In this document: in pieces, positions 18,901 to 30,641 of the stretch
How the letters are laid out: each line of letters starts with the position of its first letter
Numbering within the stretch: position 1 is the first letter of the stretch
Assembly: GCA_036172245.1 (NCBI GenBank)
Contig: JAYWIR010000048.1
Span: 124,001-188,000 of the forward strand
Source of the DNA: Raillietiella orientalis
Taxonomy: Eukaryota
Direction: 5' to 3'
DNA: 64,000 nucleotides
Notes under the pieces: generated by a model
What the model was told of the DNA's origin: nothing
What the model saw: only the letters and a program-made list of their open reading frames with translations
Databases searched by the model: none
Made by a program: the position numbers and the translations under genes

Positions 18901-21900
18901 ATCCCGATTTCAATTACTCCCGGAAATACTAAACGTGCCACAGAACACCGTCAAGATGTCATGACACTGAAAAGGCAATTATCCTAAGGGACACTCGCAC
19001 TGCTGTGCGAGAGTAAAGGAAACACCCCATCGGAAGAAACCCTTCTAATCCGACGGTGTGTTGCAGTTGTAAAAACACACAAGAAAAGGGACTGAACACG
19101 GACACACAACCCCAAATTATCCTGCCTACGTAGTTTGAAGTTCGGGATAGGAAAAAAAAAAAAAAAAAAAAATGCACTCTCGCATGTCACGTAACTATCA
19201 GTTTCTCGTGCTAAAGCCGCTCCCATCTGCTGCTACTCCGCTTTCCCTGGAATCCTATTCAGCTTATGAAGCCAATTCCTCGTCTGCTTGAAAGGCAGAA
19301 TACGATATTCAAAGATTTTCAAACACAAAGAGACACTCTCCACGTTTCATAATGAGCAACCGCAGAGGATAACGCAGGTATAATGAGCACAGGAATCAAC
19401 GTACACTATTTTATGCGGAAGTGCCGAAGTGAAAACGGGAAAGAAAATCCATACATGCGGGATTTTTCGTTTCCTGCTTTTATCCTGAAACCGCACAACA
19501 GGGAAATCATTTTCCGAATGGCATTCCTCCTCATAACCTTTTTGCACTGCCGCACCATGAACACGTAAAACTTCCAAAACCTCCGAATAGTTTCTTCCTA
19601 TCGGAATGAAACGGTTAAGATTGAAGCCCAGTTCAAATCATCATCACGAAAAAATCATCCCGTTTTCTCAACGGGAACGAACTGCGTCAATGGACCCGCT
19701 GTTCAGCAAGTCCGTTTCGGTCTCCAGGTTCTCTGGATAGGGCACGAAACTTCCGCCAAAGTAGTACGACCTGCTGAGAAGACGCAAAAGAACGCAAAGA
19801 CGTGCACACACACATAAACACATATTTACACATACGCGCCTACGTACAGGTTGTACAATCCGAAAGAAGTAAGCTAGATAACGATTCGATGGCACCTTCG
19901 ACGGGAACCCATCGATGGGGACGGGCGCAAACCCCTGGCAGCATATGTGTGCTGTCTGTGAAAGAATTCATAGAATGGAAGACAAAAAGCTTGTCGTGCT
20001 GAAGACCTCGTTTCACGGCACCCACAAACACTTGAAGAAATCCATGGAAATGGAAGCACGGTGTCAAGGAGAGTTGGGCAGAAAAATCCTCCTCGACTCG
20101 TGTGCGCCATTAGCTCGCACCCCTGAAAGTCATCGCAATGCATAGATTGAATGGAACTTTAACGTGCAGTCAGTCACTGCACGATAGGCAGAACTCTACT
20201 CTTCGAACAGAGTTCTGTTCTCGGTGAACATCGAACAGATTCTCCAAAACATCGTTTTTTTTTTTCCTTTTTTCTTATACCACTCAACGAATAGAAACGG
20301 GACTTTCTGTACTGCAATGTGCTGCCCAGCATTATACGACACCATTCCATATTGTGTAATTAAATGAACACAACAGGATTTGCCTCTGGCGCAAGATCCA
20401 CCATCGAAAAAAGGAAATTCCAAAACAACCTCGTCATATATTTACTGGTAGAATTAGGAGAAAATAAAGTGCAGCACAGGTTTCAGGATTGATCAGAATT
20501 GGTGTCCTTACTTTTGCACCAAACAAGCTTGTTTTCACATACAAGCAACGTGCATCCCGAGAACATGTTGAAAAAGTTCATAAAGTGCAAAACAATTGAA
20601 AGAAAGCAACTACTAAATTTCAATTAGGAATCTGAATGTTTTATCAGGAGGTAACTCAGGATATATGCAAGCGGTAGGTGAAGGACTGAGTTTGCCTGGA
20701 TGAAAAATAAAAGTACCACATAAACGTGATCTGAAAACAGAACACTCATTGAATGGAAAAAGATGCAGAGGGAGAGAGAGAGAGAGAGAAAAAAATGTGT
20801 AAACATAAATTCCATTAACGCGATTGACCTGTTACCTTTATGCCAGTCACATTCATTCCGATTTCTGAGCTACAAAACGATTGGGATAAAATTACGGAAA
20901 ACCAGATAATGTGTATTTTCCGAAGCACCGAATTTCGTGAAGAGATTCCTGCATGGTAAACATGAAATAATAAACATACCAATTGAATCTACTTATTTTC
21001 CACATCGTAATGAAGTGGCATATTAGTTTTAGTGTGTGATACAAATTTTAGTCAAAACCGAATCCTGAAATTCAATAAATGCTGCTCAGTATTATACACA
21101 TTCTCTTATAATAAAGTTGATCATATCCTGATCAGAATAAGATAAAGAAAGGCAATAAATCCACATAAAAAGCAAATGATTTATTGTATATTAATACTAT
21201 TTTGTTAAATAAGTAAACTTAGAAGAGTAGGAAGCAGCAGTGTAGTATTACATTATTTTAGTACATCTATATACTGCACTTAATCCACAGATTAACATTT
21301 CCAGAAATTTAACTAAAATTCTGCCACAATAAATTTCATCATAAAATAAAGAAACATAAAAGTGGAAAATAAATTTTGTACAAATTACTCACCTATTGGA
21401 TCAACATGGGTAATGTGATCTACAAAGTCCCTCTTTCCAAGATAAACAGATATCTAAAACAGTTTGAGGAAGATAAAATGCCAAAAAAAAAACATAAGAA
21501 TTTTTAAATTACATCCTTAGAAAAATTTATTCTTTAGATAAGAAATGTAAAAATTCATTAAAATGGCAAAATTCAAGGCACATAGATTCAATTCAAATAA
21601 CATAGTGCACATCACTTTTAGTGACAACAACAATGCTGGAAGAAGGAAGTTATGAGGTTATATGTATACAGTAAAATGATTTGCAATATATTCCTTTGGA
21701 AAACAGGTTACAGTACTTTTGGACTGAATATTACCTTGGAAATTTTATGAATTTAGTGATGAATGTTTAGCAATTTAGGTATAAAAACTTTTACTGACAA
21801 TGAGATATTTTTCATTGTGTATGTTCACAGTCACACAATATACAATTGAATAATTTCCTACAGCAAAAAGTAGGAAAACAGAAAAAGATGAAAACAAATT

Positions 21901-22021
21901 ACCTTGCCATTTGGAGAAGTTTTCTTGAAAACTCTAAAATCAAATACAAAAAGTGAGCTCATTGTAAACTATGATCTGAAGCAGACCTTGTTCCTTGTTT
22001 AGATTCTGATTCTTCTTCCAT
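15951..22021 (-). CDS. ARRB: Beta-arrestin (arr-1/kurtz family), about 11 coding exons with one ~3.7 kb intron (~17643-21392)
   Basis: [100 protein letters not shown], clathrin box LIELD, AP2 motif [14 protein letters not shown]; stop at 15951-15953. Confidence 0.97.
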
Positions 22022-25000
22022 AACTTACAAACAGAAAAACTGATGTGCACCTTGATACGGATTGTCGAAAGTGCATTTATGGTTTGAGGCAATATGCACT
22101 GGTTTTAGAACTATACAACAACTGAATTTGTCCACATACTATCAGTGCTAAAAACACATAATGCTGATATGAAACGCGTAACTAATTTTCAATCAAGGTA
22201 TTTGAACTACAATTTTAGACATACTAATACCGATGCAAAAAAACGAATACCAAAAAATTGAACTATTACCTGTCACTTGCAAAATAACGTGAAGGCAGTA
22301 GGGTACTGCTAACAAACACACAAAATAGCACACATAAACGTATTCAATATAGGTTCATATTTTGGTAAAACCCTTGTAACATTTCACTGTATACAGATCA
22401 AAACTAACTCTGAATGTAGACTTTTTGACATTGTACTTCTTTCACTTTATCACTATTAAGATTGTTTACTTTCGATATGGATTCCATCTCACGAAACCAC
22501 AGAAAAGGTTTGTAACTGGAACATGGGACAAAATCTAATTATTTTGTAAATATTTTTTTGATGATGCGATCAAATATTGTGACCGGATGACATTGACTGC
22601 AAAACATAAAGTCGCTATATCTTCACTCGAGTATTAGCTTCAGATTATTTCAAATCATTGCCACCGACTTAAGCGGGTACATCTAGGCAGCAGAAAGAGC
22701 TTTTCTTAAATTGCATAACTGCAAAATAAAGTGTGCTCACTCGGTTGCACGCAGCTTAAATTGCAAAGAATAGTTACCGTGAAGACGCAAGTATTTTATA
22801 TACTGCGTAGGCACGAACGAAAATTCGACACCAAACGTGATCATCACTTGTGCAAATCCGACCAGAAAAACGAAATGAACAACAGATAAACCATCGCTCA
22901 CCCTACCAAGCCGTGGTCAGGTCAGCATTCTCGGAGAATGATGCACGACTTTCGTGACATTTAACTTTGCACATTACACCAAAAAGCAGCAGTTTATTAC
23001 GATCCACATTAGCGGCCACGACCACGTCCGGCTGGACGTTCCCCTTCTGAGGACTCTGTGCACACAAGTTGTGCTCGAATCGGTACGCAGAAAATAGTGT
23101 ACAGGGTGGAAAGGAAAAATCCCAAAGGAAACTCGGAAGCCTCCGAAAAATCCCCACGGAACTGTGCGGTGACTTGGAAATCTTTAGCCGGAACTTTTGC
23201 ACCCTTTTCCAGAAGTTGGCCATGTACTCCTCCATGCAATGGAGTGCTCTGCTTCATTTAACCTTTTTCTGGTCACATGCATGCTTCAAGAGAATCACAC
23301 GGGAAAATGTACCATCCAGGAAACGTGTACAAAAGTTACGCAGGGCACGAAACCGCAGTCCCGAATTTGAAACCGGGGTCAAGTCAAAAGACACCTTAAC
23401 AAATCCCACATGGACATGTGGCAAATAAGAAATACTTAGAATATAAAAACGAACTTTGCGGTCATCGCTTGAAATTTTATCATAAATATCGTAATTATGT
23501 TCGATGAAACGTATATGGTATTTTTTGTTTCCCATACATATTTCCATGTTCGTTACTTACACACTTTCTTTCCATTCTATAGACACCTAGTGTCTGTAAA
23601 ATTTAGCCTGATTTCTTTACGGCTGCTGATATCAACTGAAAATGTGTCAAGCTTCTCTAATAAAAGTAACAGGTTGTTTTCAAAAATAAAAAGAATCTCG
23701 AAGAAATCTTCCGCCTGTAATACAAATATTTCGAAAGTCATACTGATCTCAAGACAAATACGATAAATTCAACCAATCCTTAATTGCCAGAGGAAAGCTG
23801 GAATATTGCAACCACTTCTATTTGAATGCTCTATCCTTGGACTCTATGGCTTCATTTCCTACATTCGAGATTCCGACGAATTTAAATGTTGTTTACTTAG
23901 GTTACTGCTATTAAACTTGGGAAACATGAATAGTGGATGAAAAAAGTATCCATGATGTTATCGACCGTTTCAGTCAAGCAAGCAAACACAGATTATTTCT
24001 CAAGGCTGTCTGTTGCAGATTTCTTTGAGAAGTATCCACAGTAGTCTAATTTTAAGAAAGGCAGCCCCAACATAGGAGGACATAATCAAGATCACCATGG
24101 AGAGTAGCAACACACTGAGTGTTTTTCAGAATTTCGGCAATATAAATGAAAACGTGAACATTTATCATGTTGACGAAAATATGTTTCGTTACCACAACCA
24201 ACTAAAAATTAAGTTGCTATCAACAAAAAATAAACACATTTTTTTATGAAACATGAACTAACTGACTGGGTAAGAAATTCTTGAAGAATTCTTTTATAGT
24301 GCTGCTAGGGATATTTGCTAGTTCGTTCGTCCGTTCTGTGGAGCATTTTGGAACACTAGTGTTTGTACACTCGTCCTCTCAATTGTACGACCGATTGATT
24401 CCAAAAAAATGCCAGCTGCATGGTTTGTGTTGGTCTATATAAAAAGAACTTACGTTCTTGATCGCCGTGTTTTATGCAGAGGTCCAGAATGTACAGAAAT
24501 AAGTTCATTTTTTTTTATACTGTGATTAAATTCGTGTTCTCATTTCGGTACTAAGGATCAGGTGTCCCTAAATGATGCTCTTTTACAAATATCTGCCAAT
24601 TAAATTGCATCCAAGGAAACTGTGGAAGTGGTTGGATTGATTGGATGCTTCTATTTGCACAGGTTGCAACAGTAAATCGTCATTCTTCACATTCACATAC
24701 TCGATAAATCTCTTCAATCTGTAAGCTGGGAAGAGAGGGATACTAAAGTCAGTTTAGTTCCCAACTGTTTTTCTAATTAGTATATGTTTTCTTGAGAGTA
24801 CTATTAAATGTAGTAAAGATTATTTAAATAAATTGAAGATGTGAATGATTTTTTTGAAAGCCTTGTCAATTTTAGTTCGTTCCTTATTTGCTATTTACAG
24901 TGTGGAGTAAACTTGTGCTTTCATACTGGATCTAAAATTCTATAGCATATTTACTTTAATACTATGCTATAATATATTAGAAGTTTTAAACTTAATTACA

Positions 25001-25625
25001 AACGATAGATTGCTTCGTTTCCAGTAGGTTGATATGACGGCAGGAAATAATATACGAATTCCTAGACATGCATTTGCAAATTCAAGTGCTCTTTGCTAGA
25101 AATAAGAAAAAATCTCAGGAAAAAACATATAACATCTTCCTGAGTATCTAAACATCGATTAATATACTCTTTATTTTTCCAGAGAACTGCTAGAACAAAG
25201 GAAGCAAATGAGTGCACTCTATTACCATTCAACTACTACATCCGACAGATTAGTATTTTCTAATCAATTATGTGACTGGGTCTCGAATTTGAAGAGCCTT
25301 TCTTTTCTTTAAAAAAGGTATTTCATTTTTTTTTTAAAGAAAAAAAAAGGTATTCGTACTGATACACTGTATGCAAGTATTCACTGCTGTGGGTTTGGGG
25401 GAAATTAATTTTGTGCTCATCTTCTGAGTTTATGATTTTCACCAATTATGTAAATTTAAGTTCTCTTTTGAGCTTGCGTAATTTGTAAAATGATTCGAAA
25501 AGGAAAAGAAAAATGCTTTTCTGATGACAGGTCCCTTAAAGTTTATATCATGTTCCTTAAATTAAAAGTTACTTGAAGGGTTTCAATCCTCACCTGAGTT
25601 TCACTGTTTTTTTTTTTTAATATGA

Positions 25626-25717
25626 ATTACTTTTCCTTTATCAGTATTACATTAGTATTACTGGATGAAGGAAAAGTAATGGTAAGGAAACTGATATAGG
25701 AAAACTAATGTAATACT
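25626..25717. repeat. Two overlapping AT-rich inverted repeats
   Basis: ATTACTTTTCCTTTATCAGTA (25626) pairs with TACTGGATGAAGGAAAAGTAAT (ends 25680). AGTATTACATTAGT (25643-25656) pairs perfectly with ACTAATGTAATACT (25704-25717). Confidence 0.85.
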
Positions 25718-26369
25718 AATTAGTCTGGAATTTTTTTTTTTCAATGTATGTGATTTGAGATCTTTTTTATCATCTTAAATCTGTACCATGCTGAGTGGAA
25801 TAAACTGTCCATCTTAAATCTACTGTTAATTATATTGCTTTTAGTTGCCTAACCATTTACTTTTGTGTTCTCCAAATGAAATGAACTTTTAATGTATCTG
25901 AAGCTTCACAGAGGCAATTAGGTATTCTGCATATCAGGATTATGAGGGATGGAAGAGAGCAATGATTTTGACAGTTCTTCTTTATTTAAATTCGTGTTGG
26001 ATTTCATAACTTTTATTTTTCAATATTTTTTGCTTTTCTTTCATTGCGTACTGGAACAATTTCTACTCAGCTTGCTTTCCTCTCTTGCCCAGGATGTGTA
26101 AAGTAATCAAAAACGGAACCTTTTCTGATCTTGGTTTGGCTTCTCAGTTCGTGGACTTTACAAAGAATTCAAAGAATTCATTCCTGTAATCAGCATTCTC
26201 CTTATTTCATTTTCAAATAGCCTCGATTTCACCTGTAATCTACCATGGCTATCCAATTTCAGTATATTAATGTACACTGATTGCACTTTTCATGTGATAC
26301 ATTTTAGTGATCGAAATCTAATAGTCGCGTGGTGGTATTCTCACTTTACACATACCGTTACATGAGACA

Positions 26370-26520
26370 ACCTGCTGAGTGACGTCAACGCTGCTGCCGT
26401 AATCGCAAACAGTCCTTCGGGTTGGCATGGCAGTGCACAGCCGGGTAACAGCGCACCTACGAAGTGGCGTAGCGTGTGGGCGGGAAGAAAGAAACGTACC
26501 GACATGTGCCCAGTGTGTGT
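26370..26520 (+). promoter_or_regulatory. GC/CpG-rich putative LIG1 promoter with CRE and E2F-like sites
   Basis: Local GC rise just upstream of the LIG1 ATG; TGACGTCA at 26380-26387 and GGCGGGAA at 26479-26486. Function is inferred. Confidence 0.4.
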
Positions 26521-26565
26521 TGTCTTCTCGAATGAATGTTGTTGTTTAGAAATGTGAGGAGGATT

Positions 26566-29500
26566 ATGACCCAGCCTTCGATAAGGTAAAACAAGGCAAA
26601 AAATATGTAAAAGTTTTTATTTTAAGTGTGTGAGGAATGGTGATGTTTTGACAACCATGAATCATGGTGTTTTAAAGATCGAGTGAAGTTGTTGATCACG
26701 TTGATATAAATGAGCTGTTAATTGAGTTTCTTTTTGTTGATGTAGATCGTTTTTTAAGACAAAGTCGGATCTAGATGAAGAAATTGCAAGATTTCCGGCA
26801 GCAGGGCGTCAATCTGGGTAACAAAAATTCCTTTTTCATCAAACCGGTTTTTTTTGCATATTGAGAAGTTTTGAATACATGTGAAACGTGGATAACAAAT
26901 AAAGAATCGTAAAATAAGTACATACTGAATCGAGTGAAGACAAATTGTTCTTGAATGACACTGTTTTAGTTTAATTTAGCGATTTGATATGCGATATTAA
27001 TCAACTTGCCTAGTTAGATAATGTAACATGAAGTGAAGAGCCGAATGTTGTCTTTCTGAGTGGAATTTGCAATGAAGGCATGCAGTATAGTTTAGTGTGA
27101 AAATTATTTATAAGAAATAAAAATAACATAAAAAGTAATTTTATAATCTAATACAAGATTCGTGGATTCTGGTTTACAGAAATGTAATAATCAGGGTACT
27201 GTTTTGGTTGGGAAACTAGTTATTTGAGATTTATTAAACAAAATGCGCCGTTGTGTGAAGATGCAAACGGTTCTCCCCTACATGAATCATTTTTTAAAAA
27301 TATGCATTGATCCGACACATAAGAAGTTAACTAAATAATGTTCCTTTGTGAACATCACTTAAGTCTGTGTATGGTATCATTGAAAGAAATCGGAATTTCA
27401 ATGAATTCGAGAAGTAACTTATAACCATGTTCAACATTATGATTCACAACAGATGATTTAAGTGTTTCTAATGGCATTATGATAAGTACATTCTTCTCTA
27501 TTTCAGTCAGCGTAAACGCAGAAAAGCAGTTGTCTTATCAGGTAGTGTTAATCTTCAACCTTATACATTTTGATGTTCTTTTTGCAAAATAAATTAGATG
27601 AATTATTACTTAGTTCATAGTAGTAGTATGTACTAGCTTTATTATTATTATGTTTATATTCATACTGTTACTTTTGAAATGTTGTGGTTTTGTTGAAGAA
27701 TCTGAATCTTCCCATCAACAATCAGATGAAGACAAAGCATCATCCACATCAGAGTCAGATGATCAAGCAATGTCTGATGGTTACCATCCTGATAAATCAA
27801 AATATCATCCTATACGTGATTCTATATGGAAGTACAAAGAAGCGTGAGTTGCAGCCTTTGTCATGCACTTTTAAAATGTTGCATTTCCCATAATTCTTTA
27901 GAGTTCCATATAATGCACTGGCACTTACTTTGGAATGCATTGAGAAGGAGAATTCTCGATTGAAAACTATTGATATTCTTTGCAATTATTTCCGATCTGT
28001 CATTGTGCTTACTCCCAATGATTTATTAGCCAGCATTTATCTGTGTCTGAATCAGATTGCTCCTGCATATGAAGGTTGTTGTTTCTCATTTGATGTTAAA
28101 ATGTTAGCAAATTGTTGATGCCATAGCTCTAGAACTAGGAATTGGAGAAGCTGCATTAATTAAAGCCATAGCTGATGCCACTGGTCATTCTGTAAAAAAG
28201 ATCAAAATGCAAATGCTGCAACATGGAGACTTAGGTTCCATTGCTGAACAGTGCCGCTCCAGTCAGAAAGTTATGTTCATGCAGTCTCCTTTACTAGTAA
28301 ATGGCGTTTTCAGTCAGCTCAGAGAAATAGCAGTCATCAAAGGGCCAAATGTAAATAACATGTGTTTTTCCAAGCAGTATGTTTTTTCTAGTCAAATGCA
28401 CTCAAAGTGGGCAAGATTTGCAAGTTGTTAGTAGCTTGCAACCCATGTGAGTGTCGTTTTTTGGTTCGCTGTCTTTGTGGTCGTTTACGTATCGGTTTAG
28501 CTGAGAAATCAGTCCTTCAGGCATTGTCTCAGGCTTGTACAATGACACCTCCAGGTCAATCATACCCACCAAGCATCCTGAATGCTTTGCAGGGCTTTAC
28601 TGTCGAGACCTTCAAAAACATGGTAGAAGAACAGGCACAAATTGTGAAATCAGCTTATAGGTGATGCTGGAAAGGACTTGGGGGGCGATTCCATTATAGT
28701 TTGTGTCCTTGCTTTGATAAGTTGGTATCCATATTGCTAAATGGTGGAATCGCTGCTCTTCCAAAGTTCTGCCAAATCACTCCAGGCATTCCTTTAAAGC
28801 CCATGTTAGCTAATCCAAGCAAGGACATAAGTGGCATGCTCGAGAAATTTGAGCATTCTGATTTTCTCTGTGAATTCAAATATGATGGGGAACGTGCTCA
28901 GGTGGGTAGATAAATTTAGGAATCATTTTCACACAAGTGCAGATTCATTTGAATGAAAGTGGCACAATTAACATCTACAGCCGTAACTTGGAGAACAATA
29001 CTTCCAAGTATCCTGATATTGTGTCACAAGTGCAGTCCTTTTTGAAGACACATGTTCATTCATGTATTTTGGATACAGAAGCTGTGGCCTGGGATCATGT
29101 AACACAGAAAATGCTTCCTTTTCAAACACTTAGTTCAAGAAAAAGAAAGGTTGTACCATTGGTTTAGTTGACTAATATAATTCTGTAAGCAGAATGCCAA
29201 TGCAACTGACATTCAAGTGCAAGTGTGTTTGTTTGTATTTGATATTCTCTACATGAATGGTGTCAGTATGTTGGATAAGCCTCTGAAAGAACGCCATGAA
29301 ATGTTGAAGGACTGTTTAGAAGAGAGCCAGGGAGTTTGTGTATTGGCAAATGGAAAGCAGTGCAAAACACAAGAGGATATCCAAGAGTTGCTAGATGAGG
29401 CTATTAAATGTAAAACACTTGTACCATATGTTGAAGTCGGACTTTTTTTTTTGTTTTTGTTTTAGATCAATGTGAGGGACTAATGGTAAAATGTCTAAGT

Positions 29501-30146
29501 GATTCCTATCAGGTAGCCAAACGTTCACACAGCTGGTTGAAGCTGAAGAAAGATTACTTGAACAACATGGGTGACACATTAGATCTTGTTGTGTTGGGTG
29601 GTTACTTAGGAAAAGGAAAACGTGCAGGTCTCTATGGAGGGTACTTACTGGCATGTTATGACAGGGACAATGAGGAGTATCAGACAATCTGCAAGGTAGA
29701 ACTGCTATGTCCCTAGACAGTTTATTCTTTCAAATAGTTGGGCACAGGATTTAAGGATGATATTTTGGAGCAGCAAACAAAGTTTTTTCAAGAACATGTG
29801 ATAGAACAACCTAAAACTTACTACTTATTTGACAGTAGTCTGAAACCAGATCACTGGTTTGAACCAGTTCAGGTGTGGGAAGTGAAATGTGCTGACCTTT
29901 CTCTTTCACCAATTTACAAAGCAGGAATTGGATTGGTCAGTTTGATCTTTGTGTTCAATCAATCAGCTAACATGTCTCTAGGTTGATTCTGTCCGAGGGA
30001 TTTCTTTACGATTTCCAAGATTCATTCAAGTACGTGATGATAAGAGTCCAGAGGATGCTACAAGCTCAGCACAAGTCGCATATTTTTATAAGCAACAGCA
30101 AACGAAATGTAATGAGGAAGTGGTGCCCTTTGAAGAAGATTACTAA
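26566..30146 (+). CDS. LIG1: DNA ligase I (ATP-dependent), about 13 exons
   Basis: N-terminal PIP box MTQPSIR|SFF and basic NLS QRKRRK. DNA-binding domain IAPAYEG/ELGIGE and [14 protein letters not shown]. Adenylation motif [10 protein letters not shown] (~28873), [59 protein letters not shown]. Stop TAA at 30144-30146. Confidence 0.97.
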
Positions 30147-30212
30147 TCTGTTGAAGATTTTATTGTGTGATGTTGGAATGGATATTGAAAAATCAGCAAA
30201 GCAAATAAATAG

Positions 30213-30641
30213 CTATACTAGATTGCAAACTGTTTTACGTGCCCTCTTTAACAGTTTTTTGTATTGAGTTGAATTCAGAAATGCAGGATATGATGTCTGT
30301 TGAAGTATTTGCCGTGCATCATTTTCAGCTTCACCAAAAAATCCTCGGCTGTAATTCCTATTTACTTTGCTCTGAACAATGTTGTTATAAGCAATTAAGG
30401 TCAGATTCAGTTCTTTAGGACTACCATGTGCAATATATGTATCAAAAATCAAATCTGCTTGTGATTCATCTGCAGTTTGTTGAAATAATGCAACATCTTC
30501 TAAAAAGTCTAAGTATTTTAAATCATGAACATAATTTTCTTGGAGCAAAAATTTTCGATATTCAGCCCTCCCTCTTTCATCTTCTAGAAGAAAAGTAATG
30601 AAATGGCCCCACTTTTCTTCATTGTTAATCCTAGGCACCAT
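30213..30641 (-). CDS. Small divergent RGS (regulator of G-protein signalling) domain protein; upstream exons possible
   Basis: 142-aa ORF with the RGS pattern F..LLEDERGRAEYRKFL, IFDTYIAHGSPKELNL, FGEAENDARQILQQTSYPAFLNSTQYKKLL. Confidence 0.85.
   Translation of the reverse strand: MVPRINNEEKWGHFITFLLEDERGRAEYRKFLLQENYVHDLKYLDFLEDVALFQQTADESQADLIFDTYIAHGSPKELNLTLIAYNNIVQSKVNRNYSRGFFGEAENDARQILQQTSYPAFLNSTQYKKLLKRARKTVCNLV

Noticed and set aside
22903..23550. Cluster of overlapping 70-120 aa ORFs upstream of arrestin
   Set aside because: No recognisable domain; more likely promoter/5'-UTR sequence (donor-like GTGAG at ~22900 on minus).
26050..26245. Divergent minus-strand mini-gene next to the LIG1 promoter
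   Set aside because: The best splice gives only a 17-codon peptide.
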